This document shows, piece by piece, positions 62,874-64,000 of a stretch of DNA of 64,000 nucleotides. The notes under the pieces were generated by a model. That model was not told the origin of the DNA, made no database searches, and saw only the letters and a program-made list of their open reading frames with translations. The stretch spans positions 38,750,001 to 38,814,000 of the forward strand of contig NW_025964223.1 of NCBI RefSeq assembly GCF_023055435.1, written 5' to 3'. The position numbers were made by a program, and so were the translations under genes. Positions within the stretch are counted from its first letter, which is position 1. Each line of letters starts with the position of its first letter. The DNA comes from Haliotis rufescens. Its lineage: Eukaryota.

Positions 62874-64000
62874 CTGAAATGATATCAACATATAAAGTGG
62901 TCATAACTCTATGGCATTTAAGTCATTGTATAGCCTATAGGAATAAGTGTCAGCACATCAGACTGTATTGTTTTTTTTAGGAATCATGCCGACGGGTACG
63001 ATGACACGCAACAGATCAAGTCACCTATCCTGCCCAGCCGACCTATTTTGTTGCCTCCTACGACAAGCATATGTAATATATGTGACAATAATTTTTTTTA
63101 ATTACATGTGTACAACTTAAATATTGGTATTTTTAGTTGAAACAGGTCTTATACGTTACGTACAATCCCCGGCATAATGTATTATGGGACGATACTTCTG
63201 TATACCCTTATCTATCCGAGTTGTGGATACGTCGGTCGATTGTACGATTCTTCCTGGTAAATATTTGTTTGATGCTAAATGTTTTTTTCAGTAGATTCAG
63301 CTTGCACAGTGAAACATTGAATTTTGATTGCCGTTAGATCACGACGTGTCAGCTTGATGTGGGGCGTTTACTTCTTTGATGTAAACTCACGAAATACACA
63401 TGACTAATCTGTGATTGGCATCCACAATTACAGGTCTGAGTCACGCCAGAGCTTATCAACTGGTCACAGCGAATTGCGGACCACACGACAACTATCGGGG
63501 TCACTCCGTAGAGAAACAAGTTCTTGTGTTGGAAGGATTTTGTGGAAAATGGGGATTACTACACGAGTGTCTGTCGGATACCATTGATCTTACACTTAAC
63601 GAGTTGTTTCAAAACGTATCCAACGAGCGAAAGCGTCGTCGTTGTGCGTGATTTAGCGTCAGTCATGGCGTCACACAGGACGGAAACTTTAACGGTTTCT
63701 GTTGAATTCACCACATCATTGCAATGTATATATTTGAAATTCCATAATTAATGCAACGATACTCTTCCCATGAATATTCTCAAACGCGTGACCGAGCCAA
63801 AGTATGCAACAATTAGACGACATTACCTCCACAAATGCTACACAGTATAAAATCTGAATATTACTTTGTTTACATATCCGCAAGTACGGTTTTCCGAGCA
63901 CAGTGTTCGTTTCCACACCTAATTTATTTCCCATGATTTCATCTAGATAATTTGCATTGGTGACAAAGTCCATTTGTCATTTATTTCTAAAGTGTATGAG

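Overview
Eukaryotic, repeat-rich genomic DNA. The SINE families and gene style suggest a gastropod mollusc, probably abalone (Haliotis); this is inference. Hand-splicing recovers two intron-containing genes on the minus strand that the ORF track misses. (1) A complete 5-coding-exon, 221-aa METTL27/WBSCR27-like class I SAM methyltransferase (21772->6709). (2) A tandem array (unit about 11.2 kb; two complete copies plus the last exon of a third) of a 127-aa secreted precursor. Its layout is signal peptide, a 30-aa Arg-rich Cys-free peptide, a G-KR amidation/dibasic cleavage site, and a strongly acidic 75-aa propeptide with two EF-hand loops. This looks like a candidate antimicrobial/host-defence peptide family and is the main finding; the middle copy appears to be a chimera formed by unequal crossing-over inside exon 2. 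The rest of the window is a near full-length inactivated L2/CR1-group LINE, other LINE, Penelope and Tc1 relics, MITEs, SINEs, several minisatellites (one an amplified splice donor) and three assembly gaps.
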